A stretch of 45,632 nt of DNA, taken from positions 1-45,632 of the forward strand of contig JAMOPB010000237.1 in NCBI GenBank assembly GCA_027064945.1, given 5' to 3'. The notes beneath the pieces were generated by a model. It saw only the letters and a program-made list of their open reading frames with translations, was not told where the DNA came from and ran no database searches. This DNA comes from Candidatus Cloacimonadota bacterium (GTDB lineage Bacteria > Cloacimonadota > Cloacimonadia > Cloacimonadales > TCS61). Made by a program: the position numbers and the translations under genes. Below are positions 19,574-28,466 of the stretch, one piece after another (position 1 is the stretch's first letter; each line of letters starts with the position of its first letter).

Positions 19574-19993
19574 TTATTTTGTTTCGTTTCCTGAGAAAGT
19601 TTCTTTAACTTTTTCTGCTATATCGCCAGCTTTTTCTTTAACAGTTTCAGCTGCTTGACCAGCTTTTTCTTTAACAGTTTCAACTGCTTCGCCAGCTTTT
19701 TCTTTAGCGTTTTCTAGTGCTTCGCCAGCTTGATTTTTAAGAGCTTCTACTTGATCAGGATGTTGATGTGCATAATAAGCACCAGCACCTGCAAGAGCCG
19801 CTGCTCCAGCTAAAGCTGCTAATTTACCTTTGTTTTTTACAACAAAATCTTTAGCTTTTTTAAGTGTATCGCCAGCTGCTTCAACGATATATACATATCT
19901 TTCAGCAGTTGGAGTACCAGCTGCTTCTTCTAAAATAGTAGTTTTAGCTTGAAGTACTGCGTTTTCTACAATTACATCGAATAAATGTGCCAT
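19574..19993 (-). CDS. YtxH/LEA-like protein with 11-residue amphipathic repeats
   Basis: Ala/Gly hydrophobic helix followed by KEKAGEAVETV KEKAGQAAETV KEKAGDIAEKV, encoded by 33-bp tandem repeats at 19626-19757. Confidence 0.5.
   Translation of the reverse strand: MAHLFDVIVENAVLQAKTTILEEAAGTPTAERYVYIVEAAGDTLKKAKDFVVKNKGKLAALAGAAALAGAGAYYAHQHPDQVEALKNQAGEALENAKEKAGEAVETVKEKAGQAAETVKEKAGDIAEKVKETFSGNETK
19626..19757 (-). repeat. in-frame 33-bp tandem repeat x4 (11-residue amphipathic repeat)
   Basis: ccagctttttctttaacagtttcagctgcttga and variants at 19626, 19659, 19692 and 19725. Confidence 0.85.
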
Positions 19994-20008
19994 ATTTCTT
20001 TCCTTTAA

Positions 20009-20425
20009 TTAAAGAATTTCAAGTTTAGCTGCAATTTTAGCCGCTAGGTCTGCGCTTTCTTGCACTAAATCTTCTTCTTTAGTTTCTTCAGCTTCGCCAG
20101 CTTCAGGAGCTTCACCAGCTTCAGGAGCTTTTTCACCTTCTTCAGCTTCAACTTCTTCTGCTTTAACTACTTTGTAACCAGCAGCTTCTAGTTGTTTTTT
20201 AAGTTCTTCGAGTTCTTCTTCGCTAGGTACAAATTCATCCATAGCTTCTGTTATGATTTTTTCATAAAGTTTACTAACAGTATCAACTTCTTCTTTAAGA
20301 ATCGCGCCACTTTCTTGAATTACTCTGTGGATTGTGCTATTTAGAGCAGCTGCTGCTAAATCCATAGCTGCTGCAGCACTCGCTTCAGCGATTAAATCTT
20401 CAAAAACGATTACATTTTTTTCCAT
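20009..20425 (-). CDS. acidic Ala/Glu-rich hypothetical protein (138 aa)
   Basis: ORF with AAAGGATATTTAAT before the ATG. N-terminus MEKNVIVFEDLIAEAS. PEAGEAPEAGEA repeat. Confidence 0.5.
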   Translation of the reverse strand: MEKNVIVFEDLIAEASAAAAMDLAAAALNSTIHRVIQESGAILKEEVDTVSKLYEKIITEAMDEFVPSEEELEELKKQLEAAGYKVVKAEEVEAEEGEKAPEAGEAPEAGEAEETKEEDLVQESADLAAKIAAKLEIL

Positions 20426-20485
20426 ATTAAATATCCTTTATGGGAATTTTTATATTACAGGTTTTAGTTAAAGCAAACTAGAAAA

Positions 20486-21331
20486 CTAGTTTGCTTCTTC
20501 GTTGTCTAATCCAATCCCTGCCACTTCAGCGGGATTGAATGGTACGTTTATGCCAGCTTCTTTTAACGCGTTTACGAAAATAAAAGGTGCAACAATTGCT
20601 GCAATTTTAGCAACTGCTGATTTAAATGCTTCAATTTTTTCAGCAAGCGTGTTTCCAAAAATATCAGAATATCCTTCTGGTAAATTGTTTTTATAATCTT
20701 CAATTTGTTTGAAGATTCTTGAAGGAATTAACGTGTTTTCTATAGCATGTGCGACCGCATTTTCTGCACCCAGATATTTAGCAACTGCTTCAGGATCGTT
20801 TTTATCCAGAATACCAGTTTTAGCACATTTGATTATCAAACCTTTAATGCCAGGTGCTAGAATACGTTTTGCTTCACATCCATTTTGTACATCTTCGAAT
20901 AATAATTCAGATTTTAAATTTGGTTTATTAAATTCATGTTCTAAAATTAAATTGAAACTTCTTTTATAATGTTTAAGCATCTCGTCTTCTGATAATACTT
21001 CGTAATCGATAGCTGGCGATACAGTACGCGGAGAAACATCCGCTTCTTGTAAAATTTGACCAGCTAGAACCATAGCTTCAGTAATCAATTTATCGTAAGC
21101 TGCTTTAGCAGCTTCGCTTTTGCTACCAATAATTGTTTCAAAAATGTGCTCAAAAAATATTGCATCTTTTTCTGCTTTTTTGAGCATATCTTTTTTATCG
21201 AAACCTTTTATTTTTTTAACACCTTGGGGCCCCGATTGTATCCCACAGTTGCGTCCTTCTTCGATCATTTCTAGAGCCTTGCGAGCAGTCTCCAGTGTCT
21301 CGAATTTTTCTTTTTCAGAAAATCCTATCAT
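20486..21331 (-). CDS. hypothetical protein (281 aa)
   Basis: ORF in a tightly packed minus-strand operon. No domain recognised. Confidence 0.5.
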   Translation of the reverse strand: MIGFSEKEKFETLETARKALEMIEEGRNCGIQSGPQGVKKIKGFDKKDMLKKAEKDAIFFEHIFETIIGSKSEAAKAAYDKLITEAMVLAGQILQEADVSPRTVSPAIDYEVLSEDEMLKHYKRSFNLILEHEFNKPNLKSELLFEDVQNGCEAKRILAPGIKGLIIKCAKTGILDKNDPEAVAKYLGAENAVAHAIENTLIPSRIFKQIEDYKNNLPEGYSDIFGNTLAEKIEAFKSAVAKIAAIVAPFIFVNALKEAGINVPFNPAEVAGIGLDNEEAN

Positions 21332-21347
21332 CGAAATTCCTTATTAA

Positions 21348-23948
21348 TTAATGTTTTTTCTTTGGTAAAGATATATTTTTATATAAGCCGCGTGATGGAT
21401 CCATTAAGAAATCATAATTATTACGCAACTCTCTAATCGGGATTTTGGTCTTTGCTCCTCTATATAAATAAGGTACCCCAACATTATTCATATACACATA
21501 TGCATCATTGCGACCGTAAATTATTACATTGAAGTATGTTATTCCGTATACTTTATCTAGAAACTTGATCACAGAATCTGGTGAATTATAAGTAATTCCT
21601 GAGAAAGTATCCGACATAAGAACATATGTGAATTTTGCCAAATCCTGAATAACAGCACCATCAAAAGTTAATAACCCTACATTGCTTGGAGTTAATAATG
21701 TACTGAAATGTAGAATATCTTTGGAAATAATATCTGCCTCCACATCATTTCTACGAGAATTATAAATGAAATTATCAAATGCATATCCAAAAAAGTTAAT
21801 TAATACAGGTTTTAGATAATATTTGAAATAAATTTCTAGTAAATGTTCAGCTAAAGGTTCTTCATTTATTTTTTCAGAAATTTTTTTAGAAGCAATTTTT
21901 GCTGAAGCAATTTTACGTAAATAATCTTCAGGGAAAAGATTATCATATTCGCTAATATATTGAGCAATTTCATCATTAAATATAAAACATTTATTCACAT
22001 TCTTAATAAATTTTTCAATCGCAGCTGCATATCCCGGAGATATGTTCTCAATTTCTTTAAGTTCTTCATCAGATAACACATATTCTTTTAGCATCCAATT
22101 AATATATTTAAGACCATAAAATAATTCAAGTTGTTTAATAGCATTATCATAATCAGTTGCTGTTTTTATAGACGCTATGTAACCAGTAATTTTTGTAATT
22201 GAAAAATCAACAATTTCTATATATGCTAAGATTTTAATTAAAATTTTTTCTATTTTATGTTTAATAATGCCACTTAGATGTTTGATTGTTTTAGAAATTG
22301 CTTTTGCTGCATTATTGATGATTGATTGCACCATACGTTCAGCAACAGTATCGTTATTTAAAAGGTTACCAATTTTACTAAATGCATTATTTAATTCGCT
22401 TCGGATACTAGCGCGAATATGCCCAATACTGATAGTTAACCCTTGACGAGTTATAATATTTTGTACGATTTTTTCGATATTATCGGCTTCATAGGTACGT
22501 ACTTTGAAACATTTCCCGATATCATCTAAAAGATCTTCTATATCTTCTTTTAATCTATCTAATAATATTTCATCTTTAGAGAGTTTTCTCTGATCCCAAG
22601 CTTGCTGAAAACTGTCTTTACGCTCTTTTAATTTGTCAGTTTCATCACAAATTTCATTAATATAATTAATATCATTTTTAAAAATTTCAAAAATAAAATA
22701 ACTCAAATCTGTTTTATGGTTTAAAAATTTATCGTATGTGATTACTTTACGTGATAAATCAGATACTGATTTATTTTTTTTCAGACCTTCATAAAATTCT
22801 GCAACTACTTGAGAAATAAATTTATCTTTTTTAGGATTTTCTGGATCGGTATCTAGTAACTCTTTAGTTAAATAATTACGAGTATAATCGCCTATCTGTT
22901 TAAGCGTGCGCTGCAATTTAAGTTTCAAGGAATTCTTAATGTTGTAATCAGACAGCTTATATGATGTTGACCAATCAAGTAATCTTTTTTCACCTGTACA
23001 GATAGCTGCATACTCGCGTGTTATCACCGGTATAAAAGAATCCATTTGTGCGGTAAGATCTTTCTGTAGTACATTACTATCTAAAGCTTGCTCAATTTGA
23101 TTTCTGTATTCCAGTTTCTTTTCATCTTGCGGTGAAAGGCCGTATTCTGTATATTTTTCTAACATGTCTTGTGTCATAGGTCGGTAACTGAAATCAGTCA
23201 CTATGTTTCTTGATTTACCCATATATATCAAGAACCCTACAACATCTTGAATATCTTTATCCCTAATATGTTCAAAGTATTCTGATAATACTGTAATATT
23301 TTTTTCAAGCGGTGTAACAACAGGATTTTTGCCTTTTAATGCACGTTGCCAATCTAGCGAAACACTTTTTTCAATTATTTTGTCTTGTATTTTATATCCG
23401 CTCGCTGTGATGTGAATATTTTTCACAAGTTCTTTGAATTTTTGTCTCATATTATCTAGATTTCCACCTACTGTGCTTCTGAATACAAAGTTGTATAAGT
23501 TCTCATCTTGTAGCACAATTAACAGAACTCTAGTTCTATGAACAACATTGTCTCTGTTTTTCGGATTAAGAATAGAATTTGCATTGTCTGCATCATTGAT
23601 AACAAATCTATCTTCTTTTGGCAACATAGGTCCATTAGATAACAAGATTGCTTGAAAAATTTGAGCTGCTTTATCGCTATCAAATTTTTCCATTTTCAAT
23701 AAATAATATTCATAAATAACCTCAGCAACAGCTGCTCGAACTTCGTTATCTTTTGTATATTGAGCACCTCTTACAATTTCTTTATAGAGAACCGGATAAA
23801 ATAAACGGTGCCTGAACATAGGATCATATCTGAGATCTTCAATAAAAGCTTTAAGGCGGAGTGCAGCTTGCTCATGAAGTGTTTCTTGTATCGGTTTTGG
23901 CGGTTTTTTATTTTTAGATGTTTTTTTAGAAGATGTACCACTGGCCAT
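21348..23948 (-). CDS. large hypothetical protein (866 aa)
   Basis: Long ORF with a basic N-terminus (SSKKTSKNKKPPKP). No domain recognised. Confidence 0.55.
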   Translation of the reverse strand: MASGTSSKKTSKNKKPPKPIQETLHEQAALRLKAFIEDLRYDPMFRHRLFYPVLYKEIVRGAQYTKDNEVRAAVAEVIYEYYLLKMEKFDSDKAAQIFQAILLSNGPMLPKEDRFVINDADNANSILNPKNRDNVVHRTRVLLIVLQDENLYNFVFRSTVGGNLDNMRQKFKELVKNIHITASGYKIQDKIIEKSVSLDWQRALKGKNPVVTPLEKNITVLSEYFEHIRDKDIQDVVGFLIYMGKSRNIVTDFSYRPMTQDMLEKYTEYGLSPQDEKKLEYRNQIEQALDSNVLQKDLTAQMDSFIPVITREYAAICTGEKRLLDWSTSYKLSDYNIKNSLKLKLQRTLKQIGDYTRNYLTKELLDTDPENPKKDKFISQVVAEFYEGLKKNKSVSDLSRKVITYDKFLNHKTDLSYFIFEIFKNDINYINEICDETDKLKERKDSFQQAWDQRKLSKDEILLDRLKEDIEDLLDDIGKCFKVRTYEADNIEKIVQNIITRQGLTISIGHIRASIRSELNNAFSKIGNLLNNDTVAERMVQSIINNAAKAISKTIKHLSGIIKHKIEKILIKILAYIEIVDFSITKITGYIASIKTATDYDNAIKQLELFYGLKYINWMLKEYVLSDEELKEIENISPGYAAAIEKFIKNVNKCFIFNDEIAQYISEYDNLFPEDYLRKIASAKIASKKISEKINEEPLAEHLLEIYFKYYLKPVLINFFGYAFDNFIYNSRRNDVEADIISKDILHFSTLLTPSNVGLLTFDGAVIQDLAKFTYVLMSDTFSGITYNSPDSVIKFLDKVYGITYFNVIIYGRNDAYVYMNNVGVPYLYRGAKTKIPIRELRNNYDFLMDPSRGLYKNISLPKKKH

Positions 23949-23960
23949 TATTAGTCCTTA

Positions 23961-24176
23961 TCATTTTATAAATACTTTATTCATAGCTTTATCCACTCCT
24001 TTAACTATATTTTCAGGCACCCAGAGTTCAGTTTCATTCACAGCATTTTTAAGTTGTTTAAGCTGAATTCCTCTTAATATTTGTTTCATTACATATAATC
24101 CTGCCCAGTTGGCCGGCCCTTCGCACATACGTTTATCATAAGATAAACATAGGTTTCTTATTTCCACGACTTTCAT
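23961..24176 (-). CDS. hypothetical protein (71 aa)
   Basis: Small ORF coupled to the upstream gene by a 1-nt overlap at 24176. Confidence 0.45.
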   Translation of the reverse strand: MKVVEIRNLCLSYDKRMCEGPANWAGLYVMKQILRGIQLKQLKNAVNETELWVPENIVKGVDKAMNKVFIK

Positions 24177-24484
24177 CAGATTTCCTTTAAATTAACAATT
24201 GGTATTTTGAGTTTAGGAGCTCTTTTTGTTTGATTATTATTGGCCTGTGGGTTAGAAGAAGGCATTTCTAATTCATAAATTTCAACTTCACCTTCAAAAG
24301 TTTTATCAATTTTTGTAGAAGTTGATTGGTTGGTTTCTAAAGATCGGCTGATAGAATCTGCTGGCTGCTGACCAGGCTCGACAGATTGTTTAGATTTTAA
24401 ATTAGAACTGTTTATATTTGTCTGTTCCGGATTGAGCAATTGCTGTTTTTTCTTTTTAAAATTAAATCCTTCTTCTAAACCCAT
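24176..24484 (-). CDS. hypothetical protein (102 aa), polar low-complexity
   Basis: ORF follows 24494-25705 after a 9-nt gap. Q/N/S-rich. Confidence 0.45.
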   Translation of the reverse strand: MGLEEGFNFKKKKQQLLNPEQTNINSSNLKSKQSVEPGQQPADSISRSLETNQSTSTKIDKTFEGEVEIYELEMPSSNPQANNNQTKRAPKLKIPIVNLKEI

Positions 24485-24493
24485 TGTACCTCC

Positions 24494-25705
24494 TTAAAAA
24501 GGATTGTTATTTTGAAACTGATTTTTATTGAAATTTGAAGAGCCGAAATTTTTATTGTTTGGTTTGGCGTGTTCTGCTGCTTTACCTTCTTTAAAGAATT
24601 CATTATCACGTCTATTGAGAGCTGGTCTATTTTTACTTTCTTTGCTTATTTGATAAGCAAGATTTCTTAAATCACTGTCTAACTGTTTGCTGAGGTCGTG
24701 TCCGATTCTTACGTATTCCGGATCCTTAGAATTATTAAATGTGTCAATAATTTTTTGAACATTTTCAGAAACTTTGTTTACAACTTCAAGTAATTTATAC
24801 ATATTTTTATCGCGTGCAAGTCTCGCTATGTTGCGGAAAAGCGCCTCATTTAACATACCGCGTTTTAATCCATTTTCGTATACGCCAAACACTTTATCAT
24901 CAACATTACTTGCTTTCATGATTTTATAAAGTGCTTCTAATAATGTGATATAAAATTTAATTATTTTAGAACCTACACATCTCGCATAATCGTATTCTTT
25001 GTGTGAATTTGTAATTTTTTCTATAAATCTTGTAAATTTATTAGATTCTGATGGATTCCAGCCAACGATTTTCTGACATTCGTCAAATAAATCTGCAATT
25101 TCGCGAGCATCAATCATTGATAAAATCTCTTTTTTAGTACCTATACCATATTTATTCAAATCAACAGTAAGGAATTTACCAATTACTCTGCCCGCCATCT
25201 CAAAACCATTGATGATATTCTTTTTATCTTTGTCACTTAATCCTAGTAACACAGTTAATGCAAGAATTGTGGTAACAGCAGCTGGTGCAAAAATGCCTCC
25301 GAGGAAATATCCTGCAGCTCCCGCCAACGAACCTCCTACAACGATACTGCCAACGACAGATTTGATTCCTTCTGAAATTACATCATAAGAAGTGTTTAAT
25401 TTATATTCGATGTCGTATGGAAGTTGTTCATGCTCTGTAATCAATTTATATTTAACATCTAAATATGTTTCTAAAAACAGATGTTCATATATCCAGCTAA
25501 CAATTATTTTTTGTTTATCAGATCTAGTTTTCGCTTCTAAAAACATTTCGTATTCAGGAGACTGGATGAATTCTTTATAAAGGTTATCAACCGGAGGCCT
25601 ATAATCCATGTTTTCAAAAATTGTATTTTCTGATTCGTTAAATTTATTAAAAATTGGTAAATACATTTCATTAAAAATTTTGTATGATAATGTAGATTTA
25701 TTCAT
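24494..25705 (-). CDS. membrane protein with glycine-zipper TM segment (403 aa)
   Basis: VVGSIVVGGSLAGAAGYFLGGIFAPAAVTTILALTVLLGL. AAAGGAAAAATTA before ATG 25705. Confidence 0.5.
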   Translation of the reverse strand: MNKSTLSYKIFNEMYLPIFNKFNESENTIFENMDYRPPVDNLYKEFIQSPEYEMFLEAKTRSDKQKIIVSWIYEHLFLETYLDVKYKLITEHEQLPYDIEYKLNTSYDVISEGIKSVVGSIVVGGSLAGAAGYFLGGIFAPAAVTTILALTVLLGLSDKDKKNIINGFEMAGRVIGKFLTVDLNKYGIGTKKEILSMIDAREIADLFDECQKIVGWNPSESNKFTRFIEKITNSHKEYDYARCVGSKIIKFYITLLEALYKIMKASNVDDKVFGVYENGLKRGMLNEALFRNIARLARDKNMYKLLEVVNKVSENVQKIIDTFNNSKDPEYVRIGHDLSKQLDSDLRNLAYQISKESKNRPALNRRDNEFFKEGKAAEHAKPNNKNFGSSNFNKNQFQNNNPF

Positions 25706-25837
25706 TAATTTTTCCTTTGCAAAGGGTTTTAGTTCAAGACTTTGGGTTTTGACTTCAATGAACTTTGGTGTTGGAAACAGTTTTTAGTAGCTGTATTTCA
25801 TATATCTCTTTTAAAATTTCAATAAAAAGTTCTTTGA

Positions 25838-25848
25838 GATAGATATTA
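25838..25848 (+). promoter_or_regulatory. GATAGATATTA motif (candidate phage promoter element), instance 1
   Basis: agatagatattaaatagaaaaaataaaa, 25 nt upstream of ATG 25874 and about 55 nt upstream of the hairpin cluster. Confidence 0.35.
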
Positions 25849-25873
25849 AATAGAAAAAATAAAAGGAGAAAGA

Positions 25874-26092
25874 ATGTTTATCAAAATAAATGGATTTTAT
25901 TATAATGAGGCGATTATCGCCTCATTCGGGCCAGACACAGCGGGATCTGGCCCGTGTATCAGATTCAATTTTATCGATGGCAGCAAAGCTGCCATCGAAT
26001 TTCCGTTGTCCAAATACAACGGAAATATAATGGAAGCCGAAAAGGCGCGCAACGCGCGCCTTGGACGCTTATACAAAAAATTATGCCAATAA
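25874..26092 (+). CDS. questionable 72-aa ORF coincident with a GC-rich hairpin cluster
   Basis: Good SD (AAAAGGAGAAAGA-ATG). However, codon usage (GCG/GCC/CCG/CGC/GGG) is atypical for this genome, and five perfect hairpins lie inside it. The mirror ORF on the opposite strand is also open. Confidence 0.3.
   Translation: MFIKINGFYYNEAIIASFGPDTAGSGPCIRFNFIDGSKAAIEFPLSKYNGNIMEAEKARNARLGRLYKKLCQ
25904..26062. other. cluster of five consecutive perfect hairpins in a GC-rich island (candidate structured RNA or DNA element)
   Basis: Stems: 25904-25913/25917-25926 (10 bp), 25927-25935/25946-25954 (9 bp), 25974-25984/25988-25998 (11 bp), 25999-26009/26016-26026 (11 bp), 26042-26050/26054-26062 (9 bp). 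All pairs are Watson-Crick. Confidence 0.85.
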
Positions 26093-26156
26093 AAAACGCG
26101 GTTGCCGGACCGCGAGAACAAAACCGGAGTTAAACTTGTTGTTCATTTTTTTCTTG

Positions 26157-26210
26157 CAAAAAAAAACAAAAAGGTTGCTAGCAGCAGCCAAAACGGTGCT
26201 GCTAGCAACC
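26157..26210 (-). terminator. intrinsic terminator after 26210-26764
   Basis: 14-bp stem ggttgctagcagca (26173-26186)/tgctgctagcaacc (26197-26210). A-run at 26157-26172 on plus. Confidence 0.85.
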
Positions 26211-26764
26211 TATATTTCATATCCATCTTTAAAAGTTTGTTCAAGAATTGATTTGACAAGCGCGTTGTCTGTTGCCTTAGCTGATTCCTGATCGGAAGAA
26301 CCACTACTAACAAGAGCAGTAGCCTCTTCGAATTTCTTAAGAACTTCAAGAAATTTATTTTCATCAGCCGCGGTTTCTGTAGATTTTTTCCATCTGAGAT
26401 AATTGCTGAGTTTATCATTTTGGAGTTTACTTTTTTGATTAACGTAATCCTGTATTAACTTTTCATATTTGATAATTGTATCTGTTACGATTTGCTGTAT
26501 TTCAAGTTGTTTAGAAATAGCTATCTGCAGCTGCGAACGAAGCTTATAATTTTTACTATCGGTAGCTTCAAGCTGTGAATAATTTGTATAAATAAATTTA
26601 TCTAACATTTTCTCTTTATCACGTAAATTTTTAATACGTGTTTCGAGCTCAGCTATTTTATCGTCAATTTCTTGATATATTTTATCAACTTCGTTGTCTA
26701 TTTTACTATAATCAACTACAACTTCGACCTCTTTAATTTTAGCACTCATCATGTACCTTTTCAA
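26210..26764 (-). CDS. coiled-coil hypothetical protein (184 aa)
   Basis: ORF with heptad-like K/E/Q-rich sequence. It overlaps the upstream gene by 26 nt and is followed by a strong terminator. Confidence 0.5.
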   Translation of the reverse strand: MKRYMMSAKIKEVEVVVDYSKIDNEVDKIYQEIDDKIAELETRIKNLRDKEKMLDKFIYTNYSQLEATDSKNYKLRSQLQIAISKQLEIQQIVTDTIIKYEKLIQDYVNQKSKLQNDKLSNYLRWKKSTETAADENKFLEVLKKFEEATALVSSGSSDQESAKATDNALVKSILEQTFKDGYEI

Positions 26765-28304
26765 GTTCTCTAATAGCTTTTAAAGCTATATTATCAATTT
26801 CCGCAACTGTTCTTTCCATATCAGTTTCGGGTATTTCGCCCCACTGATTGATATAATGTTCAGGATTAACAGCACGCAGCATGTCATTTTTCATTTTATT
26901 ATAGAACACCTGTGCGGTTTTTTCGTGCTCGAAAAATTTTTGTAACGCAGCAATCATGCGATCCGCATATAGAGAATCGAAATATTTTTTAATAGCTTGA
27001 TAATTTTTCTTAGATTTGTATTTACTTGAATAAGTAAATCCGTTAGCTAATTCATCTTCGCTGTTTTTTAATTGTGAACCTATTAATGTATACATATACA
27101 TATTATCGAGGATAGAATATTTCGGATTCATAAAATAAAAGAAATCAAGTTGATTCATTTCTCCGAGGTACTTAAACATTTCTAAAATATCGTGATTTGG
27201 TTTTAATTTGCGTTTATTTCTATTTTTAAATACATTTGCTAATGCTTCTGCTATCATTTGCTGCTTATTGTATGCGAAATGAGTTCTTTCGCCTTCCTCA
27301 AACATATATTGAACTGCAGCTACATAACCTATTTTAACTTTTGTAATGTCAGCAGACAATAGTGAAATTATGTTTCTATGGATAAGTGATATGTATGTAG
27401 ACATTAGTGCGCGAAGCTCTAATGGATTCCTATTTTTAATTGCTATTAATATCAAATAACGCACTATTGTGTTGAGCATTACATACATATCGCTAAGTTG
27501 CAATTCATAAATAAATTTCGAAAGACGCGAACTTTTTGCGTGATATTTTTTCATCCATGATAATGTGATTGAAATAATAGTATTTGCAAATGCTTTCATC
27601 TGCGGATGATTAGAAAGAATATTTGTGATTTCTTTGTTATATAATTCAATTGCGATTTTTTGTTTGTTATAACCTACTAACTCATCTTTATATTTTTTAA
27701 TAAATTCACGAGCAATTTTTTCTAAATTTTTAAGTAAATAATGCCACGTAATTAAAGTTACTTTATCGATACCTGCGTCGTCTACCGTTAATCCAACATG
27801 AATATCAAGATTGTTTAATACTTCTTTTTTATCGTCAGGCATATCAGGATCAGATTTGAATTCTGCCTCTACAAATTCATTAATTTTTTCTTTTACCCAG
27901 TCGACAAGATTTTGAAAAAAATCAATATCGAATTGTAGATCTTCATTTTTACCCAGTGCGCCAGAAACTATTTTATCATGGTTTTCTTCATTGTGAAATG
28001 TTTTTATTTGCTCAATAAAATGATTGTCGAAAATTTCGTCTATATTATACTTGTTCATAAATTCTTCGATAATTTCTTCAACTCGTTCTGGTGCAACAGG
28101 TATTTTACGTTCTCTTTTGTCATCAAGAGACATTTTTGCTTTAAACGCTTTTATTCTCTGTTCTTCTTTAAGTTCTTCTTCAGTAGGTTCATGTTTAGTG
28201 TCGTCTGTTTCTACTTCGACCACTTGGTCGCGTACATCATCATCTTGTATATCATCTGTTACTATACCGTTTTTCTCGATAAGATTTTCAATAATATCTG
28301 CCAT
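26739..28304 (-). CDS. hypothetical protein (521 aa)
   Basis: GAAAGGTAAAGA-ATG start. GATAGATATTA motif 52 nt upstream. N-terminus MADIIENLIE. Confidence 0.55.
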   Translation of the reverse strand: MADIIENLIEKNGIVTDDIQDDDVRDQVVEVETDDTKHEPTEEELKEEQRIKAFKAKMSLDDKRERKIPVAPERVEEIIEEFMNKYNIDEIFDNHFIEQIKTFHNEENHDKIVSGALGKNEDLQFDIDFFQNLVDWVKEKINEFVEAEFKSDPDMPDDKKEVLNNLDIHVGLTVDDAGIDKVTLITWHYLLKNLEKIAREFIKKYKDELVGYNKQKIAIELYNKEITNILSNHPQMKAFANTIISITLSWMKKYHAKSSRLSKFIYELQLSDMYVMLNTIVRYLILIAIKNRNPLELRALMSTYISLIHRNIISLLSADITKVKIGYVAAVQYMFEEGERTHFAYNKQQMIAEALANVFKNRNKRKLKPNHDILEMFKYLGEMNQLDFFYFMNPKYSILDNMYMYTLIGSQLKNSEDELANGFTYSSKYKSKKNYQAIKKYFDSLYADRMIAALQKFFEHEKTAQVFYNKMKNDMLRAVNPEHYINQWGEIPETDMERTVAEIDNIALKAIRELEKVHDEC

Positions 28305-28355
28305 TCTTTACCTTTCATTTATAATCCTTTTTTTCTTAATTTTAACTTAATTTTC

Positions 28356-28366
28356 TAATATCTATC
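28356..28366 (-). promoter_or_regulatory. GATAGATATTA motif, instance 3 (minus strand)
   Basis: The minus strand reads cgatagatattagaaaatt, 52 nt upstream of ATG 28304. Confidence 0.35.
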
Positions 28367-28466
28367 GTTAAGGCGAATTTGGAGAAATGAAATTTTTAAA
28401 TTAAAAAATAAAAACCAAACTATCAGACGAAAGACTAGAAACCAAGACATAATAAAAAGGATTATA

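Noticed and set aside
25900-26121. 73-aa minus-strand ORF mirroring the 72-aa plus ORF.
   Set aside because: It is open only because the region is a chain of palindromes. It has no SD and reads through the hairpins in reverse.
26061-26418. ORFs 26061-26291 (+) and 26143-26418 (-).
   Set aside because: Both run through the strong terminator hairpin at 26173-26210 or overlap the better-supported gene 26210-26764. Neither has a ribosome-binding site.
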